From Thermoplasmata archaeon (lineage in GTDB: Archaea; Thermoplasmatota; Thermoplasmata; UBA10834): DNA of 64,000 bases. Shown here one piece after another: positions 1 to 9,210 of this stretch. The position numbers and the translations under genes are program-made. Position 1 is the first letter of the stretch, and the number at the start of each line of letters is the position of its first letter. Under the pieces are notes generated by a model. The model saw nothing but the letters and a program-made list of their open reading frames with translations. It did no database searches and had not been told where the DNA came from. The DNA is taken from contig JAJYIS010000001.1 in the NCBI GenBank assembly GCA_021789945.1, forward strand, positions 13,476 to 77,475. The letters are read 5' to 3'.

Positions 1-2
1 GC

Positions 3-317
3 GCTCTGCTCATAGGCGCGGTCGATACCCTGATTATCTCAGAGGACGTCCGGAGAGTGAAGCTGGAGCTGACCTGCCCGTCCTGCGGGGCCAAGAAGGA
101 TGCGATGGCGAAGGACTCGACCGAGGTCGTCAAGTGCGACAAGTGCGGCACGATCATGAAGGTCGACGAGGTGGACGACCTCGTGGGGGACCTCCACAAG
201 CTCGCCGAGCAGAACAACACGAAGGTGGAGTTCGTGTCCGGGGACTCCGAGGAGGGCGGGCTGCTGATGAAGGCTTTCGGCGGAATCGCTGGCATACTCA
301 GGTTCAGGGTGAACTGA
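3..317 (+). CDS. prf1: Peptide chain release factor aRF1, C-terminal part (5' truncated by window)
   Basis: Frame is open from base 3: ALLIGAVDTLIISED, a CxxC...CxxC mini zinc domain, then EEGGLLMKAFGGIAGILRF. This is the typical aRF1 domain 3 ending. Confidence 0.88.
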   Translation, partial: ALLIGAVDTLIISEDVRRVKLELTCPSCGAKKDAMAKDSTEVVKCDKCGTIMKVDEVDDLVGDLHKLAEQNNTKVEFVSGDSEEGGLLMKAFGGIAGILRFRVN

Positions 318-321
318 CAAC

Positions 322-2043
322 ATGGCTGACGATCCTTTCACGACATTCAAGAAGCAGGCGGAGGAGGCGCTCAGGAAAGCCCTCGCGGAGCTGAAGGCGG
401 AATCGCCGATAGTCCTCGACAAGGCCCCCTCCGGCATGGGGGACCTTGCGTTCCCCTGCTTCCCGCTCGCGAAGCAGCTCAGGAAGGCCCCGGACGCGAT
501 AGCGAAGGACATCGCGTCCAGGATACAGCCCCACGACATGATAGACAAGGTGGACTCGAAGGCTGGCTACGTGAACTTCTCGGTGAGCTTCGACAGGCTC
601 GCGAAGAGCACCCTGAACGAGGCGATCGCGAGGAAGGGCGACTACGGCAGCCCGGAGAGGAAGAAGCCCACCAGGATACTCGTGGAACACACGAGCGTGA
701 ACCCTACCGGACCGATACATGTCGGCCGCGCGAGGAATCCGATCATCGGCGACACGCTCGCGCGCATACTCAGGCACGCGGGCTACAGGGTCGATACGGA
801 GTTCTACGTGAACGATGTCGGCCGGCAGGTGGTCATGATGACCTGGGGCGTGAAGCACCTGACGGCGGACGCCAAGCCCGAGCGCGACAAGGACGACTAC
901 AGGTACGTGCTCTTCTACCAGAAGGCGAACAAGGTCCTCGAGGAGAAGCCGGAGCTCGAGAAGGAGATCGGCCAGATGCTCTACAACCTGGAGCACGGAG
1001 ACCCCGAGACCGTGAGGCTCACGCACGAGGTCTGCGAGCGCGTGCTCGCGGCCATCACCGACACGCTCTCGCGGCTCAACATCAGGATCGACAACTTCAC
1101 CTGGGAATCGAGGTTCGTGGCCGACAAGAGCGTCGACAGGATAATCGAGAGGCTCAAGGGGTCTGAGTTCTGCCACGAGGAGGGCGGGGCCTACTTCCTG
1201 GAGCTCGAGAGCTTCGGCATCGCGGGCAGGGAAACGAAATGGTTCTTCACGCGCGCGGACGGCACATCGGTCTACACCACGAGGGACCTCGCCTACCACA
1301 TGGACAAGTTCACGAGGACCGACACTGCCGTGAACATCCTGGGAGAGGACCACAAGCTGGCCATGCAGGAGCTCGCCGCGGCGCTGTCGATCATCGGGGT
1401 CGAGAAGAAGCCCGAGATAGTCTACTACGCGTTCGTGTCGCTCCCCGAGGGGAAGATGTCCACAAGGAAGGGCATCGTCGTCAACCTGGACGACCTTGTG
1501 GACGAGGCGATGGAGCGCGCGTACGAAGAGGTCAAGAAGCGCAGGACCGACCTTTCGGAGGACAAGATGCGGGACATCTCGAGGATCGTTGGGATCGGGG
1601 CGCTCAGATACAACATCGCGAGGGTCCAGGCGGAGAAGCAGATTGTGTTCAAGTGGGAGGACGCGCTCAACTTCGAAGGGACGAGCGCCCCGTTCATCCA
1701 GTACGCGCACGCGCGCGCATGCTCCATACTGGAAAAGGCCGGTGATTGGGACCGCGGTTCCTCCGAGAGGCGCTTCGACACGGACTACGAGAGGGCGCTC
1801 GTGAAGATGATTGCGAGCTTCCCGACGGTGGTCTCCGAATGCGCGGAGTACAGGAAGACCCATGTCCTGGCGGTGTTCGCCCAGGATCTCGCGGCCCAGT
1901 TCAACCAGTTCTACAGGTTCGTCCCGGTCTTGAAGGCCGAGGGGCCAGCCAGGGACGCGCGCCTGGCCCTTGTCGAGGCGAGCATGTGGACCCTGAGAAA
2001 CGCGCTGAACTGCCTGGGCATCGAGGCGCCCACGGAGATGTAG
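322..2043 (+). CDS. argS: Arginine--tRNA ligase
   Basis: 573 aa with GDLAFPCF N-domain, HIGH-like VEHTSVNPTGPIHVGRARN, KMSTRKG and YIQYAHAR-like motifs. Confidence 0.96.
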   Translation: MADDPFTTFKKQAEEALRKALAELKAESPIVLDKAPSGMGDLAFPCFPLAKQLRKAPDAIAKDIASRIQPHDMIDKVDSKAGYVNFSVSFDRLAKSTLNEAIARKGDYGSPERKKPTRILVEHTSVNPTGPIHVGRARNPIIGDTLARILRHAGYRVDTEFYVNDVGRQVVMMTWGVKHLTADAKPERDKDDYRYVLFYQKANKVLEEKPELEKEIGQMLYNLEHGDPETVRLTHEVCERVLAAITDTLSRLNIRIDNFTWESRFVADKSVDRIIERLKGSEFCHEEGGAYFLELESFGIAGRETKWFFTRADGTSVYTTRDLAYHMDKFTRTDTAVNILGEDHKLAMQELAAALSIIGVEKKPEIVYYAFVSLPEGKMSTRKGIVVNLDDLVDEAMERAYEEVKKRRTDLSEDKMRDISRIVGIGALRYNIARVQAEKQIVFKWEDALNFEGTSAPFIQYAHARACSILEKAGDWDRGSSERRFDTDYERALVKMIASFPTVVSECAEYRKTHVLAVFAQDLAAQFNQFYRFVPVLKAEGPARDARLALVEASMWTLRNALNCLGIEAPTEM

Positions 2044-2045
2044 GC

Positions 2046-2801
2046 TCAGAACTTGAAGTTCCATTCCTTCTTCGAATAGCGCTCGGCCAAGAGCTTCGAG
2101 ACGAGCTGATCCTCACGCGGACTGAGGCATGAGGCCGAGAAGTTGGCGTCGAGAGCCTCGCCCAGGGAGAACGCGAAGGCACCCTTGACGAGGTCCATGT
2201 CAGGCGGATCCCCCAGGAGCGCCCGAAGCGTCGTCACCCGCTCCGACGGGCGCGAGATAACGCCTCGGGAACCGCCGCCGACCCTGAGCACAGCGTCCAT
2301 CAGATCGAGGTCGGTGTCGACGAGGATCGTCCCATGCTGCAGCACCGAGCCCTTCCTCCGCAGCTGCGCGCTCCCGGAGATCTTCCTGCCGCCGACCTCA
2401 ACATCGTTCACTGGCCGATACCGCGCCTCGACCCCGAAGCTCCCGACGGCCTCGGCAATCGCCTGGCACACCGGCCTGAAGGACTCCGTCCGGTCTCCAG
2501 GCAGGTCCTCCTCGCGCACCACGAACCCGTAGATCAGCTGGCCCGGGTCGGTGTAGATGGAGGACCCGCCCGACATCCTTCGGACGAGCGCGACCCCCCG
2601 GCGCTCGCACTCTGCAATGTCGACGGACTCGGACACGCGCTGGAAGTAGCCTATGGATATGGTCGGGGCCGAGCGGATGTAGAAGTGGAGAGTATTCGGG
2701 ACCTCGCCGGCCAAGTGCGCGTCAAGGATCGCCTCGTCGAGCGCTGCAGAGACCGGAGGGGACACGAGGCCGCTGTCCACCAGGCGCCAAGAGCGTGGCA
2801 T
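2046..2801 (-). CDS. lplA: Lipoate-protein ligase A family protein
   Basis: ALDEAIL, TISIGYFQ, VRRMSGGSSIY, NDVEVGGRKISGSAQ and LQHGTIL motifs. Confidence 0.9.
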   Translation of the reverse strand: MPRSWRLVDSGLVSPPVSAALDEAILDAHLAGEVPNTLHFYIRSAPTISIGYFQRVSESVDIAECERRGVALVRRMSGGSSIYTDPGQLIYGFVVREEDLPGDRTESFRPVCQAIAEAVGSFGVEARYRPVNDVEVGGRKISGSAQLRRKGSVLQHGTILVDTDLDLMDAVLRVGGGSRGVISRPSERVTTLRALLGDPPDMDLVKGAFAFSLGEALDANFSASCLSPREDQLVSKLLAERYSKKEWNFKF

Positions 2802-2861
2802 CTGCTCGGGAATGGTAATGAAAAGTGGTGTTAAGAGGTTTCCGTGGTTTCGCCTGTGGGC

Positions 2862-5825
2862 CTATTCCTCGTCCTCGGAACCGCCCTTCTCCTTCCGCTC
2901 GCGCCTCGGGCCCTTCTTCTCCCGCCTGGCCCACCTGCCCCTGAGATAGAGCAGGAGCGGGATCAGGATGATCACCGCGAGCACGCCGCCCCATAGCGCG
3001 AACTCCTTCCACGCTGGCTGGTTCACCACAAGCTGGGGCGCGTTCTTCGTGGTCGTCTTGAGCTGGTTGTCGCTCGTGACGTTCACGCGGATGGTGTAGG
3101 TGCCCTTGTTGCTAGGCGTGTACGAGAACTTGGCCTGGACCGACTGGCCGACCGTCACGACGGACACCTGCGTCCCGTTCAGCATGACGTCGGACTGCGT
3201 CGCAGTCCCTATCTGCTTCTGCGTGCCGTCAGCCTGGACGATGTAGAAGGTCAACACTATGCCGGTCGCGTTCGCGTTGCCCATGTTGGTCATGTTGACC
3301 ACTATGGTGCCCGTGCTGCCCTCGGTGAAGGCCTTCGCCGGGTCGTACGTGATCGCGTCGATTATCAAGTTCGGCCTGGGCGACGACACGATCGTGAGCA
3401 TCCTCGCCTGCACGTTGCTGTTGTTCGACAGGTCGGTCACGTTGAGCCTCAAGGTGACGCTGCCCACCAGGCTGTAGTTGTGGGTCACGTTGGCACCGCC
3501 GTCGGCGCCTGTCTCGTTGAGCCACTTGCCGTCCCCGAACTCCCACGAGAACATGAGCTGCGACAGGCTGTTGACGTTGTCGGTCGTCGCGGTCGCGTCG
3601 AAGATCAACGTCTGGTTCTCCACCAGGGTGGTGCCCCAGGTCGCGTTCTTGACGACGAAGCTCAGCGTCGGGGCCTGCGTGTCGTTCACGTTCACCACGA
3701 GCGTCGTGTTCTTCCAGTTCCCGACGACATCCGTCACGTTGAGCGTGACGTTGTACTGCCCCGAGTTCTCGTAGGCGTGGGACACGTTCTGGTTCTCGAC
3801 GGTCCACGCGACACGGGCGGAGACGTTCCCGTCTCCCCAGTCGAACTGGACATGGTCTATGATGCCGAGGTTGTCACCGGCGGTGACGGCATCATCCTTG
3901 GAGTACGACCCGTTGAAGTAGACCGTCTGCCTCTGGTTGACCGCTATCGCGTTGTTGACGATCGTGAAGCCCTGGACCGATATCACCGGCGTAGGCGCGA
4001 GGCCGTCGCACGTGACGTTGATGGAGCTCCAGTTCTGCAGGCCGACGACATCGGTCACCGTCAGGTTGGCTACCACGGACGCGCTCGCGGTGTACATGTG
4101 CACCACGGTCGCATTGGTGGTGGTCTCGACAGGCGACCCGTCCCCGAAGTTCCATGTGTACGTCAGCGGGTTGCCGTTCGGGTCCGAGGATTGCTGCGAG
4201 CTGAGGGTGACGTTCTGGCCCACGGCCACCAGGTACCTCGTTATGTTGCCGTTCACGGTGACCGCGTAGGCGTATGCGGAGCTGAGCACGGTCGCCTTGG
4301 CGACAGGTATCTCCGAGGCCTGGAAGGTCATCGACACGGTCTCCTGCCCGCCCGCGCTCACAAGGCTCGGGTTGACGACTACCGTCCGGTAGCCTCCGAC
4401 GAAGACCTGGGTCGTGCTGCTGTTCGCGACGAGTTCGTAGCCGTTCACGAGGGAGATGCTGTACTGGTAGTTCGCCTCGTTCGAGTCGTAGGTCGCGACG
4501 AAGGCGCCCGTGTACTCGTTCGCGCCTATGTCGATGGCGCTGTGAGAGGCGTACGCACATGAGTAGCCGTATGCCACGCTGTCATTCAGCGTGTCCGGGC
4601 CCGCGCCCGAAGCGAAGACCAGGTTGAAGCCGGTCATCGCGGCGTTCGCGAACGCCGTGTTGTTCACTTCCATGAGCCCGAAGCTGGAGATGTACTGAGG
4701 CCCGTACGACTGCACCTTGCTGACGAACGCGTTGATCTCGTTCGAGTCGAGGTAGCCGTTCCCGTCGCCCATGACAAGGTCAATCTGCGCCCTCAGGCTT
4801 CCCATGTCGTTGTACGGGAGCCCAGGGTAAGCGTCGTCATAGGCCCAGTCCGTGGCCACTGACAGCGAGAACGAGTTGAAGTTCGACCCGTATGTCAGGT
4901 TGACATACTCGGTCCTCTGAGTCTGCGGCGCAAGGAGCGGTATAGAGAGAGCGACGTCACTGCCCGCCACGGTCACGGTCGTAACATAGGCCGCGTCGCC
5001 GCTAGCGTCCACCACAAGAGTGAAGTTGCCGTCATAGGCATCGAACGCTACGAAGCTCCCGTAGCTCTTCAGGACCCTGACGACCCATGGGACGCTCGAG
5101 TCCTGGTCGATGAGGTACGCCACGACGTTGTTCGCAGGCCCGATCGAGTCCGCGACGAAACCCGTGATCCTGTGCGACGATGAGAGTGTGATGTTCCTCC
5201 AGCCGTCCGCGGTCACGGTAATTGGCTCGAGGTTGGTCGCGTAGGTCGCCTTCATGACCACCAGCTCGTAGTTGCTCGTGGTCTTGAACATCTTGAAGAC
5301 CGCGTTGCCATACACATCAGTTGTGGCCTTCGCCACATACTCGCCGTACTTCGCCCCGGTCGCCTGGTAATAGAACCCTACAGAGGCGCCCATGACAGGG
5401 TTTCCTCCGGAGTCGGTCACGGTGACGTTCCAGGTGGTCGACAGCGGCGCGAACCCGGGCAGGTTGATCGCCGGCGATAGCGTGTAGTTGTCGAACCCGT
5501 TGTACGCGAACTCCGCGGCATCCATGGCGTCGTAGTAGTTGGGGTCGACTACGTCCACCCTGTAGAATCCCGAGGGCGCGTTTGTGACCACGTAGGTGTA
5601 GCTCTGTGGCGAGTACTGGGCAGCTATCACCTTGCCGGTGTGCACGTCTGTCAGGTTCACCCACGCATCGGTAACGGCTGACCCGCTCGAACTTACGGGG
5701 ATGTAGATGTTCCTATACGTAGGCAATTGCGCCTGGCCCGCCATCGGGAAGGTCCCGATTGCGGACAGCGTCAGCAACAGCACGAAAAGGCTGGCTGATA
5801 GCTTGCTCATTTCGTTCCGCTTCAT
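2862..5825 (-). CDS. Large secreted, membrane-anchored surface protein with PKD repeats and a CARDB-like domain
   Basis: Signal peptide after ATG 5825 or 5810; the ORF-track extension to 5942 is probably not translated. Contains W.FGDG PKD motifs (TWNFGDG, FDWGDG, SWEFGDG), a CARDB-like PRPNLIIDAITYDP segment, a C-terminal TM helix with basic tail and many N-x-S/T sequons. Confidence 0.8.
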   Translation of the reverse strand: MKRNEMSKLSASLFVLLLTLSAIGTFPMAGQAQLPTYRNIYIPVSSSGSAVTDAWVNLTDVHTGKVIAAQYSPQSYTYVVTNAPSGFYRVDVVDPNYYDAMDAAEFAYNGFDNYTLSPAINLPGFAPLSTTWNVTVTDSGGNPVMGASVGFYYQATGAKYGEYVAKATTDVYGNAVFKMFKTTSNYELVVMKATYATNLEPITVTADGWRNITLSSSHRITGFVADSIGPANNVVAYLIDQDSSVPWVVRVLKSYGSFVAFDAYDGNFTLVVDASGDAAYVTTVTVAGSDVALSIPLLAPQTQRTEYVNLTYGSNFNSFSLSVATDWAYDDAYPGLPYNDMGSLRAQIDLVMGDGNGYLDSNEINAFVSKVQSYGPQYISSFGLMEVNNTAFANAAMTGFNLVFASGAGPDTLNDSVAYGYSCAYASHSAIDIGANEYTGAFVATYDSNEANYQYSISLVNGYELVANSSTTQVFVGGYRTVVVNPSLVSAGGQETVSMTFQASEIPVAKATVLSSAYAYAVTVNGNITRYLVAVGQNVTLSSQQSSDPNGNPLTYTWNFGDGSPVETTTNATVVHMYTASASVVANLTVTDVVGLQNWSSINVTCDGLAPTPVISVQGFTIVNNAIAVNQRQTVYFNGSYSKDDAVTAGDNLGIIDHVQFDWGDGNVSARVAWTVENQNVSHAYENSGQYNVTLNVTDVVGNWKNTTLVVNVNDTQAPTLSFVVKNATWGTTLVENQTLIFDATATTDNVNSLSQLMFSWEFGDGKWLNETGADGGANVTHNYSLVGSVTLRLNVTDLSNNSNVQARMLTIVSSPRPNLIIDAITYDPAKAFTEGSTGTIVVNMTNMGNANATGIVLTFYIVQADGTQKQIGTATQSDVMLNGTQVSVVTVGQSVQAKFSYTPSNKGTYTIRVNVTSDNQLKTTTKNAPQLVVNQPAWKEFALWGGVLAVIILIPLLLYLRGRWARREKKGPRRERKEKGGSEDEE

Positions 5826-5981
5826 TCGATTTCCCCTCCGTCTCAAGGGATCGAAACCCAGACCCCCTTCGAGAAAAAGGTATTTCGGCGAATAGATTGC
5901 CCCTTTATAAGCTTTGGGCATACGACGGAGGCCCTCCGCCACGAGCCAGGCGGAACGACTGGACGTGGTCCGGGAACCGGT

Positions 5982-7139
5982 TCAAGTCACTATCTTCTTG
6001 ACCTGCCCCGTCTCGATGGCCCGCCGGACCTCGGCGGCCAACCTCCGGCCCGTGCTCATGTTCGTCCGCCAGGTGGTATTACCATAGGGATGACCGACGG
6101 ACATGTGCACGTTCGTGCCGCCGCCGACCCTCGGCGCTACGTCGTATATGTAGAACTTGAGATCCTTGTCCACGCAGGTCTGGAGGCAGAACGGCCCTAT
6201 GATGCCCGGCGGGGAGTTCTCCATCGTCGCCTTCACGTACTTCTCCGCGAGGTCGAACGCACCCTCTATTAGGGACTCGCGCATGGTGGCCGAGTTGTGG
6301 CCGCACACGGTGTACTCAGGGGTCGCCTGGGCGCCCTCTAGGGTGATCTGCTGGTTCGCCGGCAGCCTGACATGGCCGTCCAGGGAGGTCTCGAACCGCC
6401 AGTCGACCCCCAGGAGCTCAATCCGCTCCATCTTGCTCTCGAGCGGAGAGTAGAAGAAGTCGAGGTTGAACACCGGCCCTATGATGTACTCCTCTATCCT
6501 CGCAGCCGCGAGGTCCTCCTCGGTGATGACGTTGTGGAATATGAGCTCCCGGGACTTCTTGCGGTACTCCTGGTACGATGCCGCCGTGAAGAACCCGCGC
6601 TCGAGCTTCTTGACCTTGTGGTGGAGCTTGACGATCACGAGGCCGTCGATGTCCTTGGGATCCTCGATCTTCTTCGGGAACGGCAGGCCGGCCTTGTCGA
6701 GCAGCCAGTAGTAGTCCCGCTCCTGCCCCCGCTCCTCGCTCCTCAACAGGTTCCTCGACCCGACCAACGGGACCGCGAAGTCGTTCTCTATGTCCGCCAG
6801 GTCGACATACGACGTGAAGGACCTGTTCGGCACGAAGAGCACGTTCTCCTTCCTCAGCCTCGCCTGATAGTCCGGGGTCATCATCTCGTTGAACTTCTTC
6901 AGGACCCAGCACTCGTCGACCATACCCCTGACGGCCTTGCCCTTGGCGTCCCGCTGGCACTTGAAGTATCTGGAGTAGGTCTTGTCCCTGCCCTCCTGGC
7001 AGATCCCGAGAGTCCTGAAGCCCTCCTCGACGGCCCCGTCGCAGACGTCGAGTGCAGAGTGCGAGGCCACCATCCCTATCTTCGCCTTCTTTAGGTCGTA
7101 CTTCTCGACGATGCTCAGAATCTTCTCTCGGTCGATCAA
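5982..7139 (-). CDS. purP: Formate--phosphoribosylaminoimidazolecarboxamide ligase (PurP family, ATP-grasp)
   Basis: IGMVASHSALDVCDGAVEEGFRT, FVPNRSF, GIIGPFCLQ, YDVAPRVGGGTN and MSTGRRLA motifs. Confidence 0.92.
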   Translation of the reverse strand: MIDREKILSIVEKYDLKKAKIGMVASHSALDVCDGAVEEGFRTLGICQEGRDKTYSRYFKCQRDAKGKAVRGMVDECWVLKKFNEMMTPDYQARLRKENVLFVPNRSFTSYVDLADIENDFAVPLVGSRNLLRSEERGQERDYYWLLDKAGLPFPKKIEDPKDIDGLVIVKLHHKVKKLERGFFTAASYQEYRKKSRELIFHNVITEEDLAAARIEEYIIGPVFNLDFFYSPLESKMERIELLGVDWRFETSLDGHVRLPANQQITLEGAQATPEYTVCGHNSATMRESLIEGAFDLAEKYVKATMENSPPGIIGPFCLQTCVDKDLKFYIYDVAPRVGGGTNVHMSVGHPYGNTTWRTNMSTGRRLAAEVRRAIETGQVKKIVT

Positions 7140-7200
7140 CAGAAATGCCCCCCGATACGCTCCACTCGGAGCACTTCCGAGGGATGAGCTTGGGAATATA

Positions 7201-8304
7201 TTACCCTGATTGATGCGCGCGCGGAGGACGCAGCGCGAGCTCGTCGAGCCTTATGCCCAGGCTCGAGTACACCGCCTTGAACCCGAACTGCTCGTAGAGC
7301 CTCTTGGCGCGCGGATAGCTCGTGTGCAGGTAGATTGAAGAGACGCGCCCGTTCAGCGACGTGAGCGCGCACCTCATCAGCTCCTTCCCGAGGCCGCTTC
7401 CCTGCTTCGAAGGCGTCACGTATATGTCATAGATCAGCCCGGCCTCGCCCTCGACCTTGACTATCACGAACCCCCCGTCCACGAGGAACGTCGAATAGCT
7501 CGGATCTGACCTGAACTTCCGCAGCCTGAGCATCGACTCGACCATCGATTCGTCGTAATACTCCGAGAACAGCCTGACGAGCTGCCGCCTGTTCTCGCTC
7601 CCCAGCGGCCTTGCGGAGTGGTCGAACGGCCTGGGCGTGTCGCAGACCATCCGGATCATCGTGATCGGGTGGAACTGCCTGACGAACCTGCCGAGGTCGA
7701 CCGAGAACACCGCCCAGGACTTGCCTATTGACGCGAGGTACCTGACCAGGCACTCGGCGGCCTCGAACAAGTCCTCGGTGTCGGAGGCGATCAGCATGCC
7801 GAGCCTGCGCTCCTTCTCCGGCACCACCCTCGCCGTCTCCCCATCGTCAGTATAGTACGCCCACGCCTTCCTGTCGCCCTCGCTGATCATTATCCCGCGC
7901 ATGTTCGAGCTGCTGGCGAGGTCCGGCCTCTCCCCGTCCGAGTCGATGAGCGAATCCTCCATCGGAAGGTCGTACGTGGTCACGAGCCTGCACTTCATGC
8001 TCATCCTTCTCGGGATGGCGCGCTCCACCTCCCAGCCGGCCCTCGCCAGGGCCTTCGAGAGCGTCTTCTTCGCACAGTCTTGGACGAGTATCTCGGAGTA
8101 GCCCCTGGAGGACAGCTCCTTGTCGAGCGCGACCACGGCTTCGGGGGAGAGCTTCAGGTTCCTCGGAGACACTCTGAGGAACCCCCGGGCGATGCCTTCG
8201 TCCACCGGCATCAGCTCCACCGAGAGGGCGCCCGCAGGGGATCTGAAGACGACAACATCTTCCTTGGCTGGACTGCCTCCGGAGGACGCGGCCAGGTCGC
8301 CCAC
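7201..8304 (-). CDS. GNAT-family N-acetyltransferase with a long N-terminal extension
   Basis: C-terminal acetyl-CoA motif IYVTPSKQGSGLGKELM and RAKRLYEQFGF. Confidence 0.75.
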   Translation of the reverse strand: MGDLAASSGGSPAKEDVVVFRSPAGALSVELMPVDEGIARGFLRVSPRNLKLSPEAVVALDKELSSRGYSEILVQDCAKKTLSKALARAGWEVERAIPRRMSMKCRLVTTYDLPMEDSLIDSDGERPDLASSSNMRGIMISEGDRKAWAYYTDDGETARVVPEKERRLGMLIASDTEDLFEAAECLVRYLASIGKSWAVFSVDLGRFVRQFHPITMIRMVCDTPRPFDHSARPLGSENRRQLVRLFSEYYDESMVESMLRLRKFRSDPSYSTFLVDGGFVIVKVEGEAGLIYDIYVTPSKQGSGLGKELMRCALTSLNGRVSSIYLHTSYPRAKRLYEQFGFKAVYSSLGIRLDELALRPPRAHQSG

Positions 8305-8310
8305 GCACCT

Positions 8311-9039
8311 CTAGAAGAAGTAGAACCCGACGCCGAAGTCCTTCGAGCACTTGGCCATGGCCTCGAGCCTGTTGAGGGTGCCCTCGATCCTCCTGACGAT
8401 CATCTTGCCCTCGGCAGGGGACTTCTCCCTGAGCACCTTGATCTCCTTCAGCAGCTCGTCGGCATCCTTGGAAGTGAACATCCGCCTCTGTTCTGCCGCT
8501 TCGTTGACCTTCGAGAGCAGGTTCAGGCCGTACTTCTTGGCCAGCTCTGGCACCGGGGAGCCGGTCGGGCCGAAGTTGCCCACGCAGCCCTTCTTGTTAT
8601 CCCACGAGAGGCCACATTTGCCGCAGGTGTCGTACATCTCGTCGAACTCGAGCATGTCCCACTCGGTGACGGTGTTCTCCTTCTTCGCAGCCGCGACGAG
8701 GTCCTTGCGCTCCGCCGCGGGGACCTTCTCGACGAGGATCCATTTGGTCTTGACCTCCTTCACGAAGGGCGCGAGGAGCTTCTGGTTCTCCGGGTCCTTG
8801 ACCTTCTCGAGGTAGAGCTCATCTCCCTCGACCTTCAGCCGGGCCTTCTTAAGCATCTCGTCCAGCTTGGCCTGGCCCAGCTTCGCGGCCGCGGCCTTGA
8901 GGTCAACGATCCTCTCGACCTCGACATGCTTCTCCCATCTTCCGGGGTCGTCGACGAAGACCTTGACGGTCGAGAGCTTCTTTCCCTTGCACAGCGCCTT
9001 GTCGGATTCCAGTTCCGTGATAGCCATGTTGAGTCCCAT
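8311..9039 (-). CDS. Hypothetical protein with a Cys motif (CGKC-x9-C)
   Basis: Host-like codon usage and a Lys/Glu-rich soluble composition; ATG 9039 or 9027. Confidence 0.7.
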   Translation of the reverse strand: MGLNMAITELESDKALCKGKKLSTVKVFVDDPGRWEKHVEVERIVDLKAAAAKLGQAKLDEMLKKARLKVEGDELYLEKVKDPENQKLLAPFVKEVKTKWILVEKVPAAERKDLVAAAKKENTVTEWDMLEFDEMYDTCGKCGLSWDNKKGCVGNFGPTGSPVPELAKKYGLNLLSKVNEAAEQRRMFTSKDADELLKEIKVLREKSPAEGKMIVRRIEGTLNRLEAMAKCSKDFGVGFYFF

Positions 9040-9210
9040 TCGTCCACCTTCTGATGACGGGTGTGAGATTGGTCGGGCAAATAATACTTTTCGCACGGGA
9101 ACGCGCGCGGACAACGTTTATATTACGTTATAACAACACGTTACAGTAGGTTCAAGTAATCGTTCCGAATCCCGAATGATGATAGTGTTTGTCGAGTTGG
9201 AGGTGCAGAG

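Noticed and set aside
304-2064. 586-aa minus-strand ORF (and similar long ORFs at 11050-12384 +, 13922-14938 +, 25786-27714 -, 48909-50099 -)
   Set aside because: Antisense shadows of well-supported genes (argS, mutL, mutS, ABC permease, purF); expected from high-GC codon bias; no motifs
5826-5942. N-terminal extension of the PKD surface protein in the ORF track
   Set aside because: It spans the promoter region (TTTATAA at about 5904-5910); the signal peptide begins at ATG 5825/5810
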